Source: Octopus bimaculoides
Lineage: Eukaryota
Reading direction: 5' to 3'
Length of the DNA: 59,775 nt
NCBI RefSeq assembly: GCF_001194135.2
Contig: NC_068983.1
Coordinates: forward strand, 121,598,266 to 121,658,040
The notes beneath the pieces are model-generated. The model did no database searches, was not told the origin of the DNA, and worked only from the letters and a program-made list of their open reading frames with translations. This document shows, piece after piece, positions 38,933 to 50,520 of the stretch. Numbering within the stretch: the stretch's first letter is position 1; every line of letters starts with the position of its first letter. Both the position numbers and the translations under genes were made by a program.

Positions 38933-39499
38933 TCGAATAAGGGCTGCGAGCTATCAACAATTATAAAAGCCTGGCTACCTAACAGCTGCCTATAGTTACT
39001 GGCTGAAAAGACGAAAGAGCAACTCGATGGAACCATAAATTATACCGGAATATTAAACTATTTTCTATATGTGTTTGCACGAAATAACACTTAATTTTCA
39101 GCTTCCTTTCATTTCTATCTCACAGACAATACAGAGCTCTGAAATCGATTAATGTTTTATTGAGCTTTAAATGTGCTCTTGACTAGCACCTATGTGTGCA
39201 TAACATTATACATACATGCATACATACATGCATACATACATACATGTGTAAATAACTGTCGATATATATATATATTTATATATACCCCTTATATACATAT
39301 GTACATATTAATATATTTTTATATACAGACACACGCATGCATTCACATGCATCCGCACACACATACACAGACTCGCACAACTCTGTGGATGGACTTGTGC
39401 ATTGTACGTATGCGATATTTGTTTTAGTCCCAGCATTCATATTATTTAGTATATCTGTCTCGATATATAATCAAGATAGTAATGTCCTTCATTTAGAAT

Positions 39500-40114
39500 T
39501 TAATTATACAAAATTGTAAACAAAAAAGACAAAACGAAACTTTGTGATAGCTTGAAACAGAGCTAATCATAATTCAATAGTTGTGAAATATTTTGAATTT
39601 TCTGTACACAAAGGCGACTCAAAAACTGTTTCAGCTCCCCAAAATTATTCCTATAACCATCCAATATTACTTTTTAACAGCAGCTCCTGTAATCTGGGAT
39701 TTTGACATTTGTCTTAAATGAAACATTTTCTTATTCTAAATTGGATGTTAATTTCGTCATGATATCCCTTAATTTTGTAATATTTTCTAGATTAAGCACA
39801 ACCACAAGCGATGTTTCTTATTGATCATCACCCATGATCTATTTTAGAACCCCTACTTACATGTACTATACTGGGGAGTCTGAATAAAAATGTAGGAATA
39901 TTGGAGATATTGCCTATAAACGTAGGTAGCCTATAAGACTGTATGATCGGATGTTTATGTCCCTTCTAAATTCACTCCTCTTACATCGGGAAACATTCTG
40001 GATAGAGTGAGGAAAATTGAAGGTTACATTGTTGCAAGCTGGTGGTGAGAGGAAACAGTGACGTAAAATCTGGGATGTGAGGCATAATGGAAAGAGTCAG
40101 GTATGGTGGCTTAA

Positions 40115-40176
<62 letters not shown>

Positions 40177-40183
40177 GTCAATA

Positions 40184-40251
<68 letters not shown>

Positions 40252-40322
40252 GGTGATTTTAGTGATCATTATTATGTATATACATATGTATATAAATGTA
40301 TGCATATATGCATGCATACAGA

Positions 40323-40361
<39 letters not shown>

Positions 40362-40910
40362 CATGTGTGTGTGTGCGTGTATATACATACATACATACAT
40401 ACATATACATATAAATATATATATATATGTGCATGTATGTATGTTTGTGTGTATATATATATATATACACACACGCGCACATAAATATATACATATACGT
40501 GTGTGCGCGTGTTTTGATATGTTGGAAGAGCGTCATGTAAGATCGCCTCCTTTACATCTTTCAGAATTGTGGTTTGTTTTGTTGTCACTCCTCTCGAACG
40601 AAGGAAATTTTTAAAGTCCCTATTCATAGACCTGCAGGTTTGATGTGAGATGTTTTGGTTAAGCGTTAATGATACTTATGTACAAAATGTTAAGTAGGAA
40701 TAGAGATTGATATCATGTGCATTGAAGTCTTGGTGGTGAGATGTAACAGCAAATAGTTCAATAAATACTAGAGTTCCGGGAAAAAATAACCGAACTTCAA
40801 AGTACAAAAGGAATTTGATAAAATATGAGTCGGAAAGTGTTCTCCAAGATGGCGCTGTGATGAAGCAGTGTGTAATTGTTTATTTAAAGAAAGGAAATCG
40901 TTGAGCATAG
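39500..40910 (-). mobile_element. Possible highly degraded CR1/L2-type LINE fragment, interrupted by microsatellites at ~40115-40515
   Basis: Faint minus-strand resemblance to the pre-RT region (YPECFP..KGH..SYR versus FPxxWK..KKG..NYRPI). Many stops. Confidence 0.3.
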
Positions 40911-43900
40911 AAATATTTTAGAGTGCATAGGAAAAAAAAATAAAAGATTGAAGACGGTTTTATCCACCACGGAAGAACTGCTAAAATGTTTCCAGTCCAG
41001 GAGATAATTTTCTTGGTGCAAATTATAAGTAGTCTGCTTCACTAGAAGATTTTCATGCTAAACTAACAACTTAAATAGTTTGTTATCCCAAACCATTGAC
41101 TCATATACTTTGCTGTATTCCCACAAACATTGTCATTCGCTAAATACACAAGAACACCCTACGTCATTCCTCAGCACACAATGTCCAGTCATTTCCCCAA
41201 TATATAATTATACTCCAGGTAATTTCCCAATACTTTATGTCACTCCAAAATACAGCAACATTTTACATTGTTTCCTATACCTACAACTATACCTACTTCG
41301 ACTTTCATTACACAGTAATATAAGACATTTACTAATATACAATATTATCTCCAACCCTGTCTAACCTAAATCTTCGCCAATATCACCTGTCACATTGCAT
41401 CCTACATATCACAACCAATACATTGAATCACCACGAAATGTCACATGGTGTTGCACCATTGTATAAAGCTTCACAGCAAACATTTGGAATGATGTATTCT
41501 TGCAAATGCTTACACTTTTTGCCATATTTTTGAGCCTCACTGCCATATATTTCTATATTTTTGGCTCTTTATATTGATATTCATCATTTTTTGCTATTTT
41601 ATTTTACAAAATGCTATTGGAAAATTATGTACAAGCACATAAATAAACGTTATATTCACATACACACATGCGCACACATACACATATATGTATATGCACA
41701 AAGAAACAAGGCATATATATATATATATATATAGGGAGAAATATATATATATAATTATAAGGAATTGTATACTAAACCCCAAAACAGAAGCTATGACCCG
41801 ATGATGGGTTACAAAAATTGAAAAAAACCCGTTTAATGTGATTCCGTTTTGAAACAGCCAAATGGAAGGGTACAGCCTGTTTTTATATGGAAAGAAAACA
41901 TCAAAAATCGGTCGCGGAGACAGAAATATTTTGTTACAATTCGCAGACTCTTAGAATCTGCTTGATTGATTTTATTCAGTGTTTAGCCGGCAATTTCTAA
42001 ATCGAGTCAAATAAAACACTCAATTTTTCAACTGTCTACTAGATGAGGTGGAATTTTGCTATATGGAATATTATAAATAAGATTCCTGGATGATATTCAA
42101 AACTATATAAGTTTTACGAGAAATTATAATGTGAATAGAGATTATCGTGATTTTCTGGGATTTAAAGCCAGTGAGTTATCCATCTGCACCCCACGAATTG
42201 TACAATCTACTGGCACAGAAAAATACCTAAAGCTCATTTAGCTGAGATTAAGAATCTAATAATTAAACATCAGCAAGATACGAATATGGTAACCTGTGTC
42301 TTTATATCACAGTCATCGTTTCATTCTGAGATAGATAATTTCGATTAAATTATCGTTGATAATTTGGTTGGTGCACAAGAGAAGCAAGGCTTGAACCTGA
42401 GATTGCTTAATTTCGTCTGATCCCTCATTACTAATATCATTTAGGTTTATTTGGCTTCTGTCAATTATGTAGAGTGACCTTATATTTACAGGCAAAGGAA
42501 AAATGTGACGTTTATAACATTGCCAAAAATATTAGCGATGAAATAGCTTCAAAAAGCATTTGAACCCCTGTAGCTGACAGAGAGCCCAATCTCTTAATCT
42601 ACGATGTTAGCCACCATATTATTTCAGTATTATACCATACAGTGTATTTCTTTTCAGAAAGAATGTAAGTTTTCAATTTTAAAATCTTTACAGATGTCGA
42701 AGTTAAACATTTCTTTAATAGGTTTAAAAAAAAAGTTTATTTTGCTATCAGAGACTGATGCTTCAGACAGTTTTTTTTTAACGTTAGAACGTTTAGTATA
42801 ATTCACGAGATTATACTTTAAAAGAGCTATGAAAATAACATAATAGTGTTGGACAAATCTTCTATTTATCCCTATGTGATTTAACTGCAATCATAAATAA
42901 ATAAGATTTTGCCAAAGAATCAATAATGTTCTTTAGAAGTGTTAGTTAATCAGTGAACGAAACACCTGATATTCTAACTATATCATAAAACTTGTTCGAA
43001 CAAAAATAGTCGATGCTTACATTAGTAGACTAGCTTAACTGAATTTGTGATATTCTGTTGTGTTGAGAACTATATCAGTAGACATCTGTGTATATATAAA
43101 CGTCTCTTCTGTGGCTGACTTGTTATCGTGCACTGAAAAAGAATATAACAAACATTAAAGAGTGAAAGCACAGTAGATTTTTATGTGATAAATACAATAC
43201 AGAATAAATATACTACAATATATACGAGGCAACATGTATGTTAGATATAGTAGTTTATATTAGAAAGTTAAAGACAAGATCAGTGCTGATCAATATCCCC
43301 ACAAGTCAGTTTATATAGTTAAACAAATTCGTAATATTGGCTGCACTGTCGTTCAGTCGAACTTGCACCTGAGTTTCCCCAAGAACCTCAAGTTATGAGG
43401 TCTTTGGTGATGTATGAAGAGAGAGCGAGTCAGAGACAGAAAAATGAGGAGAGACTGGTGGGGACAAGAAAGGGAGAGAAACAAAGAAACAAATAGAAAG
43501 AGCCAGGAGACTAAAGAGTGTAGAGATATTTCAAAGAGTTTTCATAAATGCACTGCGTCACCGAGTTATTTGAGAATCTTAATCCTTATCACTCAGAATA
43601 TATGAACTTCTGTGCTAGAACTATGTCAATGCACAAGAGCATTAACATAAAAATGGTATTTGAATCAGCTCGTGGTAAACATTCTTGGTAAGATCTACTA
43701 ATTTACTTACCTGGCCTTCATTTTAAATTCCAAATGGGTGTATCATTACAATTATTGTTTTCAATAATTTCATGCGAGGTTTTCACTGTACACTCATATG
43801 CACTTTTGCTCTTGTGTGTGCAATATTGCTATTTGAGAAAATGGGAAGATGTGGGTGGTTTTGTATAAAATTTTTCTATCTTGGAGATATATTTTTAAAG

Positions 43901-44044
43901 TGCCTAAATGCTTATGATATTTTCAAAAAAATATCTTTATTATATTTTACAAATATTACTGTGCATAGGTCTTTTCAAAATAGTAATAACAATGAGAATT
44001 TCAGATGTGAAAACTTAAGAAACAAGTAAAAGAAAAAAAAAAAA

Positions 44045-44370
44045 GCAAACGTGTTTGTTTGGTAAGAAGTTTGCTTCCCAACCACATGGTTCCAGGTTCA
44101 GTCCCATTGCGTGGCACCTTGAGAAGGTGTCTTTTACTATAACCCCGGACCGACCACAGTGTTGTAAGTGAATTTGGTAGACGGAAATTAAAAGAAGCCT
44201 GTCGTATATGTGTGTGGGGGGGTGCGCGCGTGTGCATTCCTCAACACTACTTGACAACCAGTGTTAGTATCTTTATGTTCCTGTAACGTAGCAGTTCAGC
44301 AAAAGAGACCGATAGAATAAGTACCAACCTTAATAAAAATAATTACTCGTGTCGATTTCTTCGACTAAAA
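44045..44370 (+). mobile_element. tRNA-derived CORE-type SINE, near full length
   Basis: B-box-like caggttcagtccc, CORE-like accttgagaaggtgtctt, internal (GT)-rich spacer, 3' gagaccgatagaataagtacc..gtcgatttcttcgactaaaa. Confidence 0.88.
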
Positions 44371-44403
44371 TGTCTGACAAATCTTCACTGTGCCACTAAT
44401 AGA

Positions 44404-44535
44404 TTAGATTCGGAGCATCCGCGCCAGTTTCTTTTGCTCGTTCTTAGTGAAGCCTAGTATGTCTATGTTTTTATGTAAATTTGTGGATACATAACCTAAT
44501 GCACCTATGATGAGAGGTACAAATGAGAATATGTA
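44404..44535 (-). mobile_element. R4/Dong-type non-LTR retrotransposon C-terminal fragment (restriction-like endonuclease end)
   Basis: YIFSFVPLIIGALGYVSTNLHKNIDILGFTKNEQKKLARML resembles the PxxIGALG C-terminal motif of R4-clade elements. Confidence 0.6.
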
Positions 44536-45060
44536 TGATTGTGCAGTGCACCCTGGTGGTTTAGTGTGGTGCAACAGTGCAGTTTGGTGGCGTGTGGTAA
44601 TGCTGTTGTTTAACTTCATATCAGTCCCGATTAATCAAACCTATGATCAAAGTCAATCCAACCATGATAATATCATCTAATTTTCGGATATAGAACATCT
44701 AAAAGCGTATTATCAAACATCACTATCTACGCAGCAGCAAATGTTCACGTGGGGAAATGTATGCATCTCATATTAACAAAGCAGCATTAGTGTAATCCTA
44801 TGAAATATATCTGAACTAATTTCTGGTGAGTACACATGAAACCTGAAAATAAAGATCAGAGAAAGCAAACAAAAAAGTACTTCGTTTCTTACCATAAACA
44901 GATTTCGCCGAGGTCATATTCTCTGAAGTCGAAACCCTAGATAGTCCCGTTCGAATTTTGTGGTCGGCTATTTTTCTAGCTGTCAAAAAGAAGAGGGAAA
45001 GAAAAAATAGTTTAAGTTGAATATTTGCAGTAGTTTTGAATGATGATTTTTTTTTTATTA

Positions 45061-45375
45061 TGAGCACAAAACCTGAAATTTTGGTGGGCTCAGGGCTAGT
45101 CGATAACATTAATCCCAGTGCTCAACTGGTATTTATTTTATCGACTCTGAAAAGATGAAAATCAAAGTCACCTTCGGCGAAATTTGAACTCACTACGTAA
45201 AGTCGAAAGGAGTGTTGCTAAACACTTTGGCCACTGTGTTAATGATTCTGCCAAATCGTTACCTTAAAAGGACAAGTCGATCTCAGCGGGATTTAATCTC
45301 AGAGCACAGAAAACCAGCGCAATAAGCGGAAAGCAATTTATCCAATGCTCTAATGACTTTACTCATTTGTCGCTT
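45061..45375 (-). mobile_element. Diverged tRNA-derived SINE (family of 17012) plus a partial tandem second head
   Basis: ctcaactggtatttattttatcgac..cggcgaaatttgaactc..gattctgcca..cctt, then a second, more degraded head at ~45270-45375. Confidence 0.7.
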
Positions 45376-45720
45376 TACTCGTTTTGAAGAATAATTATTA
45401 TGATGCCAATAATAATATCGTTCATAGATGTTATTAATTTGGGCGTCGACAAATAGAATAAAGAGAATAATGAAAACATTCTGGACGGAATGAAGGAATA
45501 AATGAAAGCATGAAAATTGAAGAAAAAAAAAATTAACGAAGGAAAGTAGGACTGAATAAAAAGGTGAAGTCTAAGACGACATACGGTAATAGAGACAGAG
45601 ATAGAGTGAAAGAGAAGGAGAGAAAGTGAGAGTGAGCGAGAGAGTGGGAAAATAGGGAGAGAAATAATGGAGAGGCGAGAAAAGAGAAGACAAGAAGATT
45701 AACAATAAAAGCGGGAAATA

Positions 45721-45753
<33 letters not shown>

Positions 45754-45796
45754 GAGTGTGTGTGTGTATTAGGAAGTTAAATGTTATGACCGGTCC

Positions 45797-46091
45797 ATTG
45801 GTTTCGCACTTATAAAGCGCTTGGCAGTATAGGCAACTCGTCAAACTCAAATGGCCGAAAGTGCATAACCTCTCTGCAACTGGAGGAAGAAACACGTCAC
45901 GATCAGTTAGACGTGTAAACAAAAAATATTTGTTTGTACAGTACTGCTGCAGACAGGACGGGGTAATCCCCCTTACGAATTTAACTGACTGACATATTTT
46001 TTCCTCCAGTTGTAGAGGGATTATGCACCTTCGTACATTTGAGTCCGGCGAGTCGCCTATACTGGTAAGTGCTTTATAGGTGGGAACCAAT
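45797..46091. mobile_element. Foldback element with ~95-bp imperfect inverted arms
   Basis: 45797-45892 aligns with the reverse complement of 45997-46091 (attggtt..tataaagc..cagtataggc..actcaaatg..gtgcataa..caactggaggaa). Confidence 0.85.
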
Positions 46092-46883
46092 AATCAATCT
46101 TTGACCGGCAGCAACATTTAACTTACTTAAACATATATTACAGCTCTAATGCTTTAGAGGTTGCTTCCATTTCGGATATATATGAACTACGGATGATATA
46201 TANNNNNNNNNNNNNNNNNNNNNNNNNNNNNNNNNNNNNNNNNNNNNNNNNNNNNNNNNNNNNNNNNNNNNNNNNNNNNNNNNNNNNNNNNNNNNNNNNN
46301 NNNNNNNNNNNNNNNNNNNNNNNNNNNNNNNNNNNNNNNNNNNNNNNNNNNNNNNNNNNNNNNNNNNNNNNNNNNNNNNNNNNNNNNNNNNNNNNNNNNN
46401 NNNNNNNNNNNNNNNNNNNNNNNNNNNNNNNNNNNNNNNNNNNNNNNNNNNNNNNNNNNNNNNNNNNNNNNNNNNNNNNNNNNNNNNNNNNNNNNNNNNN
46501 NNNNNNNNNNNNNNNNNNNNNNNNNNNNNNNNNNNNNNNNNNNNNNNNNNNNNNNNNNNNNNNNNNNNNNNNNNNNNNNNNNNNNNNNNNNNNNNNNNNN
46601 NNNNNNNNNNNNNNNNNNNNNNNNNNNNNNNNNNNNNNNNNNNNNNNNNNNNNNNNNNNNNNNNNNNNNNNNNNNNNNNNNNNNNNNNNNNNNNNNNNNN
46701 NNNNNNNNNNNNNNNNNNNNNNNNNNNNNNNNNNNNNNNNNNNNNNNNNNNNNNNNNNNNNNNNNNNNNNNNNNNNNNNNNNNNNNNNNNNNNNNNNNNN
46801 NNNNNNNNNNNNNNNNNNNNNNNNNNNNNNNNNNNNNNNNNNNNNNNNNNNNNNNNNNNNNNNNNNNNNNNNNNNNNNNNNNN

Positions 46884-46945
<62 letters not shown>

Positions 46946-46974
46946 CAAGAGTTACGGAATGGAGTAGGAGAAAT

Positions 46975-47062
46975 GCAGGCTACATATGTTTCATAGCGAG
47001 TAGAACCTCAGAAGTGATAAAATCCAAGTGAAGTGCATACCACCGGCTATTCTTCAGGTCAA
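46975..47062 (-). ncRNA. Type I hammerhead ribozyme, conserved core intact
   Basis: Minus strand: gac-CTGAAGA(47057-51), ATAGC..48 nt..GCTAT, GAAA(46992-89), C-ATAT-G, UA, gcc. Predicted cleavage is after GUA, between 46981 and 46980. Stem I is short with one mismatch, and stem II closes with A-U. Confidence 0.75.
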
Positions 47063-47144
47063 AGATATCTTCATTAGATTAAAAGTTACATTGTCGCAAG
47101 GCGGTACATGTGGACGCAAAGAAGATTGAATCAGAGATATCCTT

Positions 47145-47227
47145 GTCCTGATGAGTAGCCAGCGGTATACACCTCACTTAGATTTTACCACTTCTGAGGT
47201 TCCACTCGCTATAAAACATATGCAGCC
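47145..47227 (+). ncRNA. Type I hammerhead motif, inactivated (G12A, U16.1C)
   Basis: gtc-CTGATGA(47148-54), GTAGC..GCTAT, AAAA, C-ATAT-G, CA, gcc. Confidence 0.7.
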
Positions 47228-47506
47228 CGGGTTTCACCTAAGCGATACCGTAACTCTTGTATTCTTTTTCGCACATTCGGCAACCCTGGTCGCCTACCGT
47301 GGAATATAAAAAAGAATTTTTTCTGCTCATCCGTCTTCAATAAAGTAAAATAATCCGCAACCTTCCGTCTCAATAAACCTCTATTATTCTTGAAAGTTGT
47401 TTTTTTTAATATTTACTACGGATTGCTCGAAGCTAACTTTTTTCCTACACCTCGATCCCTGGATCTCATGTCTGTCTATCTATCTATCTGTCTATCTATC
47501 TATCTG

Positions 47507-47606
<100 letters not shown>

Positions 47607-47660
47607 ACTACCTATGCCCCTCTCTCACTTTCTGATTGTGCATGCGCACGTGTGTGCATT

Positions 47661-47925
47661 CATAGGCATGGCTGTGCAGTAAAAAACTTTGCTTCCCAAG
47701 AATATGGTTCTGAGCTCAGTCCCACTGCATGACACTTGGGGTATGAGCGCCCTTTACTCGGGCCGACCAAAGCCGAGTGGATCGGTAGCCCGTCATATAT
47801 CTATATGTGTGTGTGTGTGTTTGTTTGTACCCCAAGTTGCCGCTTGACAACTGGTATTAGCTCGTTTACATCTTTATAGCTTAGTTCGGTAGGCGAATGA
47901 CTTAAACAAGTAAAAGATAAAGGAT
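47661..47925 (+). mobile_element. tRNA-derived CORE-type SINE with internal deletions
   Basis: ggcatggctgtgcagt head, gctcagtcccactgc, gggccgaccaaagcc, 3' aaacaagtaaaagataaagg. Confidence 0.8.
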
Positions 47926-48264
47926 ATATATTCATGTGGTTTCCCATGTGATGGCAGCTGTCAAAAGAGAGATAAACGTTTCTCTATAATACGAGGTGGG
48001 ATTCGGAATTTGAATTTTAAACGAAGGAAACTACGAGGAAGAACTTTTTGTTTTCTTATTACGAAGTCTTTACAATATTTAGTTGGTGATAAACATGTGT
48101 GCATCACTATTTCACTCATTTTAAAAATCGTAACGTATTAATTGTTAATTAATAAGTAACGAATCAAAGATTCTTCTCTCAGAAATGTGGGGAAGGTAGA
48201 AGTTTGTGCATTAGAAAATTCAAAACGTTCGCTTTTTTTCGAAATAAAGGAAGAAAAGATGAAA

Positions 48265-48659
48265 TTGTTGTTGTTGTTGTTGGCACTCCGTCGCTTACGA
48301 CGTCGAGGCTTCCAGTTGATCCGATCAACGGAACAGCCTGCTCGTGAAATTAACGTGCAAGTGGCTGAGCATTCTACAGACACGTGTACCCTTAACGTAA
48401 TTCTCGGGGATATTCAGCGTGACACAGTGTGACAAGGCTGACCCTTGGAATTACAGGCACAACAGAAACAGGAAGTAAGAGTGAGAGAAAGTTGTGGTGA
48501 AAGAGTACAGCAGGGTTCGCCACCATCCCCTGTCGGAGCCTCGTGGATCTTTAGGTGTTTTCGCTCAATAAACACTCACAACGCCCGGTCTGGGAATCGA
48601 AACCACAATCCTATGACCGCGAGTCCGCTGCCCTAACCACTGGGCCATTGCGCCTCCAC
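48265..48659 (-). mobile_element. Well-preserved tRNA-derived SINE with (CAA)n tail
   Basis: Minus strand has A box TGGCCCAGTGG (48648-38), B box GGTTTCGATTCC (48604-593) and tail ggagtgccaacaacaac. Confidence 0.9.
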
Positions 48660-48982
48660 TAAAGGATGANNNNNNNNNNNNNNNNNNNNNNNNNNNNNNN
48701 NNNNNNNNNNNNNNNNNNNNNNNNNNNNNNNTATAGCGATTTACCCCATAACACCTGCGTTTGAAAAACGGAAGATAGAGAAAGTATTTGAGCAAAAGGA
48801 ATACTTCCTTCCAAAATGTTTGTGTCATTCTGTTATTTAAAGATTATTTTATATATATTTGATAATTTTAGTTTAAGAAGATCTTTTTTCAAATATTTTA
48901 ACTGTATCAAGAATACTTTCTAGAAACTATTAGTATTTCACATATGATTCACATATGACCTTTCCTTCCAAACTAAATAGTC

Positions 48983-49088
48983 CACTCCAACTACATGGTA
49001 CTTTGAGCAAAGATTTTGTGCTATAGCCCTGGGTCAACCAAAGTGTTGCGAGTGGATTTAGAAGTCGAAGGCTGAAAGAAACCCGTTG
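48983..49088 (+). mobile_element. CORE-type SINE fragment
   Basis: ctttgagcaaag..ctatagccctgggtcaaccaaag..gagtggattt..ctgaaagaaacccg. Confidence 0.65.
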
Positions 49089-49327
49089 TGTGCGTGCACA
49101 CACACACACACACACACAGACACACACATATATATACATACATATACCAATATACATGCACACACACAAAACACACCATACATATACATACTATACATAT
49201 ATACATACGCACAAACACATACATCTACGTTTCCTTTCTTTTTTCAACCAGAGATTGTGGTTATGTTAAGGCGTGATGTGGTGTGGTGTGTATGTATGTG
49301 TATGTGTGTGCATGTGTGTGTATGTAG

Positions 49328-49377
<50 letters not shown>

Positions 49378-49890
49378 TAGCAGATATATACTTACACTTA
49401 TATACACACACATATTTATAATAACATGCTTACACTCACACACACGCACACACATACACAGGTTAAACAGAGAAAATTCTATAGTATAACAGGTACTCTA
49501 TTTATAGATCTATGTTAAATGCATGTTTATTAAACGTTTCCATCTAAATTTATTTAAAACTAATTCACAAGCACGCTGTCTCAGTTTCTTAGTTAATATA
49601 AATTGTTCAGGAGATTAAAGTAGGGAACGTACAAAAAATATTTGCAGACACATCAGTATATGGTTAGTTGACAGTACATTAATTTGTGATAGAAAAATCA
49701 TTAGAAAATGCAGTAAACATTAAATTTATTCAATGACTATCTGAAAATACGTGATGTTGTCATGTCTGCAGTAACATATGTATATAGCATACACATGCAA
49801 CGAAAGCGGCTTATATCGCCATCTTTCATCGTGTGGAAAGTCCATTATGTAGAAAACAAACAGTTTCAACCAATTTATAGTTAGAACTTC

Positions 49891-50130
49891 TCCAATAAAT
49901 TGCAGAAGAAGTCTCAGCAAGAATTCACTAATTCCGATCTTGTATTCGAAATTGCAAAAGACAGTAATAGAATGTTATATCCCTTTGATAGACGAAGACT
50001 ACAATTTCTTGGACCATTAATTTAAAGGGACGTGTGTACTGTAAAGGATCAGTTGATTATATAATTGGTAATATTATAAACCTAAGCACAGATGCACACA
50101 AACATATATATGTATGTATACGTATATGTT

Positions 50131-50178
<48 letters not shown>

Positions 50179-50520
50179 CAGATAGAGAGAGGTAGATAGA
50201 AGTATGTATATATATAGGTTATAGGTATATGGATATATTTGTGTGTTTGTATANNNNNNNNNNNNNNNNNNNNNNNNNNNNNNNNNNNNNNTCCAATAAA
50301 TTGCAGAAGAAGTCTCAGCAAGAATTCACTAATTCCGATCTTGTATTCGAAATTGCAAAAGACAGTAATAGAATGTTATATCCCTTTGATAGACGAAGAC
50401 TACAATTTCTTGGACCATTAATTTAAAGGGACGTGTGTACTGTAAAGGATCAGTTGATTATATAATTGGTAATATTATAAACCTAAGCACAGATGCACAC
50501 AAACATATATATGTATGTAT
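49891..50520. repeat. Identical 229-bp duplication (49891-50119 and 50292-50520) flanking an N gap; probable assembly artifact
   Basis: Identical by inspection. The second copy starts exactly at the gap edge. Confidence 0.85.

Larger units (their letters stand above)
46945..47260. mobile_element. Foldback element: 126-bp inverted arms (21 mismatches) each carrying a hammerhead motif, 64-nt spacer
   Basis: 46945-47070 aligns without gaps to the reverse complement of 47135-47260. Confidence 0.92.

Noticed and set aside
42313-42495. 60-aa minus-strand ORF with protein-like composition
   Set aside because: It has a non-ATG start, no convincing splice pair and no recognisable motif. This length is expected by chance.
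48585-48659. tRNA gene
   Set aside because: A and B boxes are present, but the sequence continues into a SINE body with a (CAA)n tail and has no clean acceptor stem. The same applies to the other SINE heads.
49891-50520. Recent tandem duplication or duplicated exon
   Set aside because: The identical copies straddle a gap and the second starts at the gap edge, so an assembly artifact is more likely.
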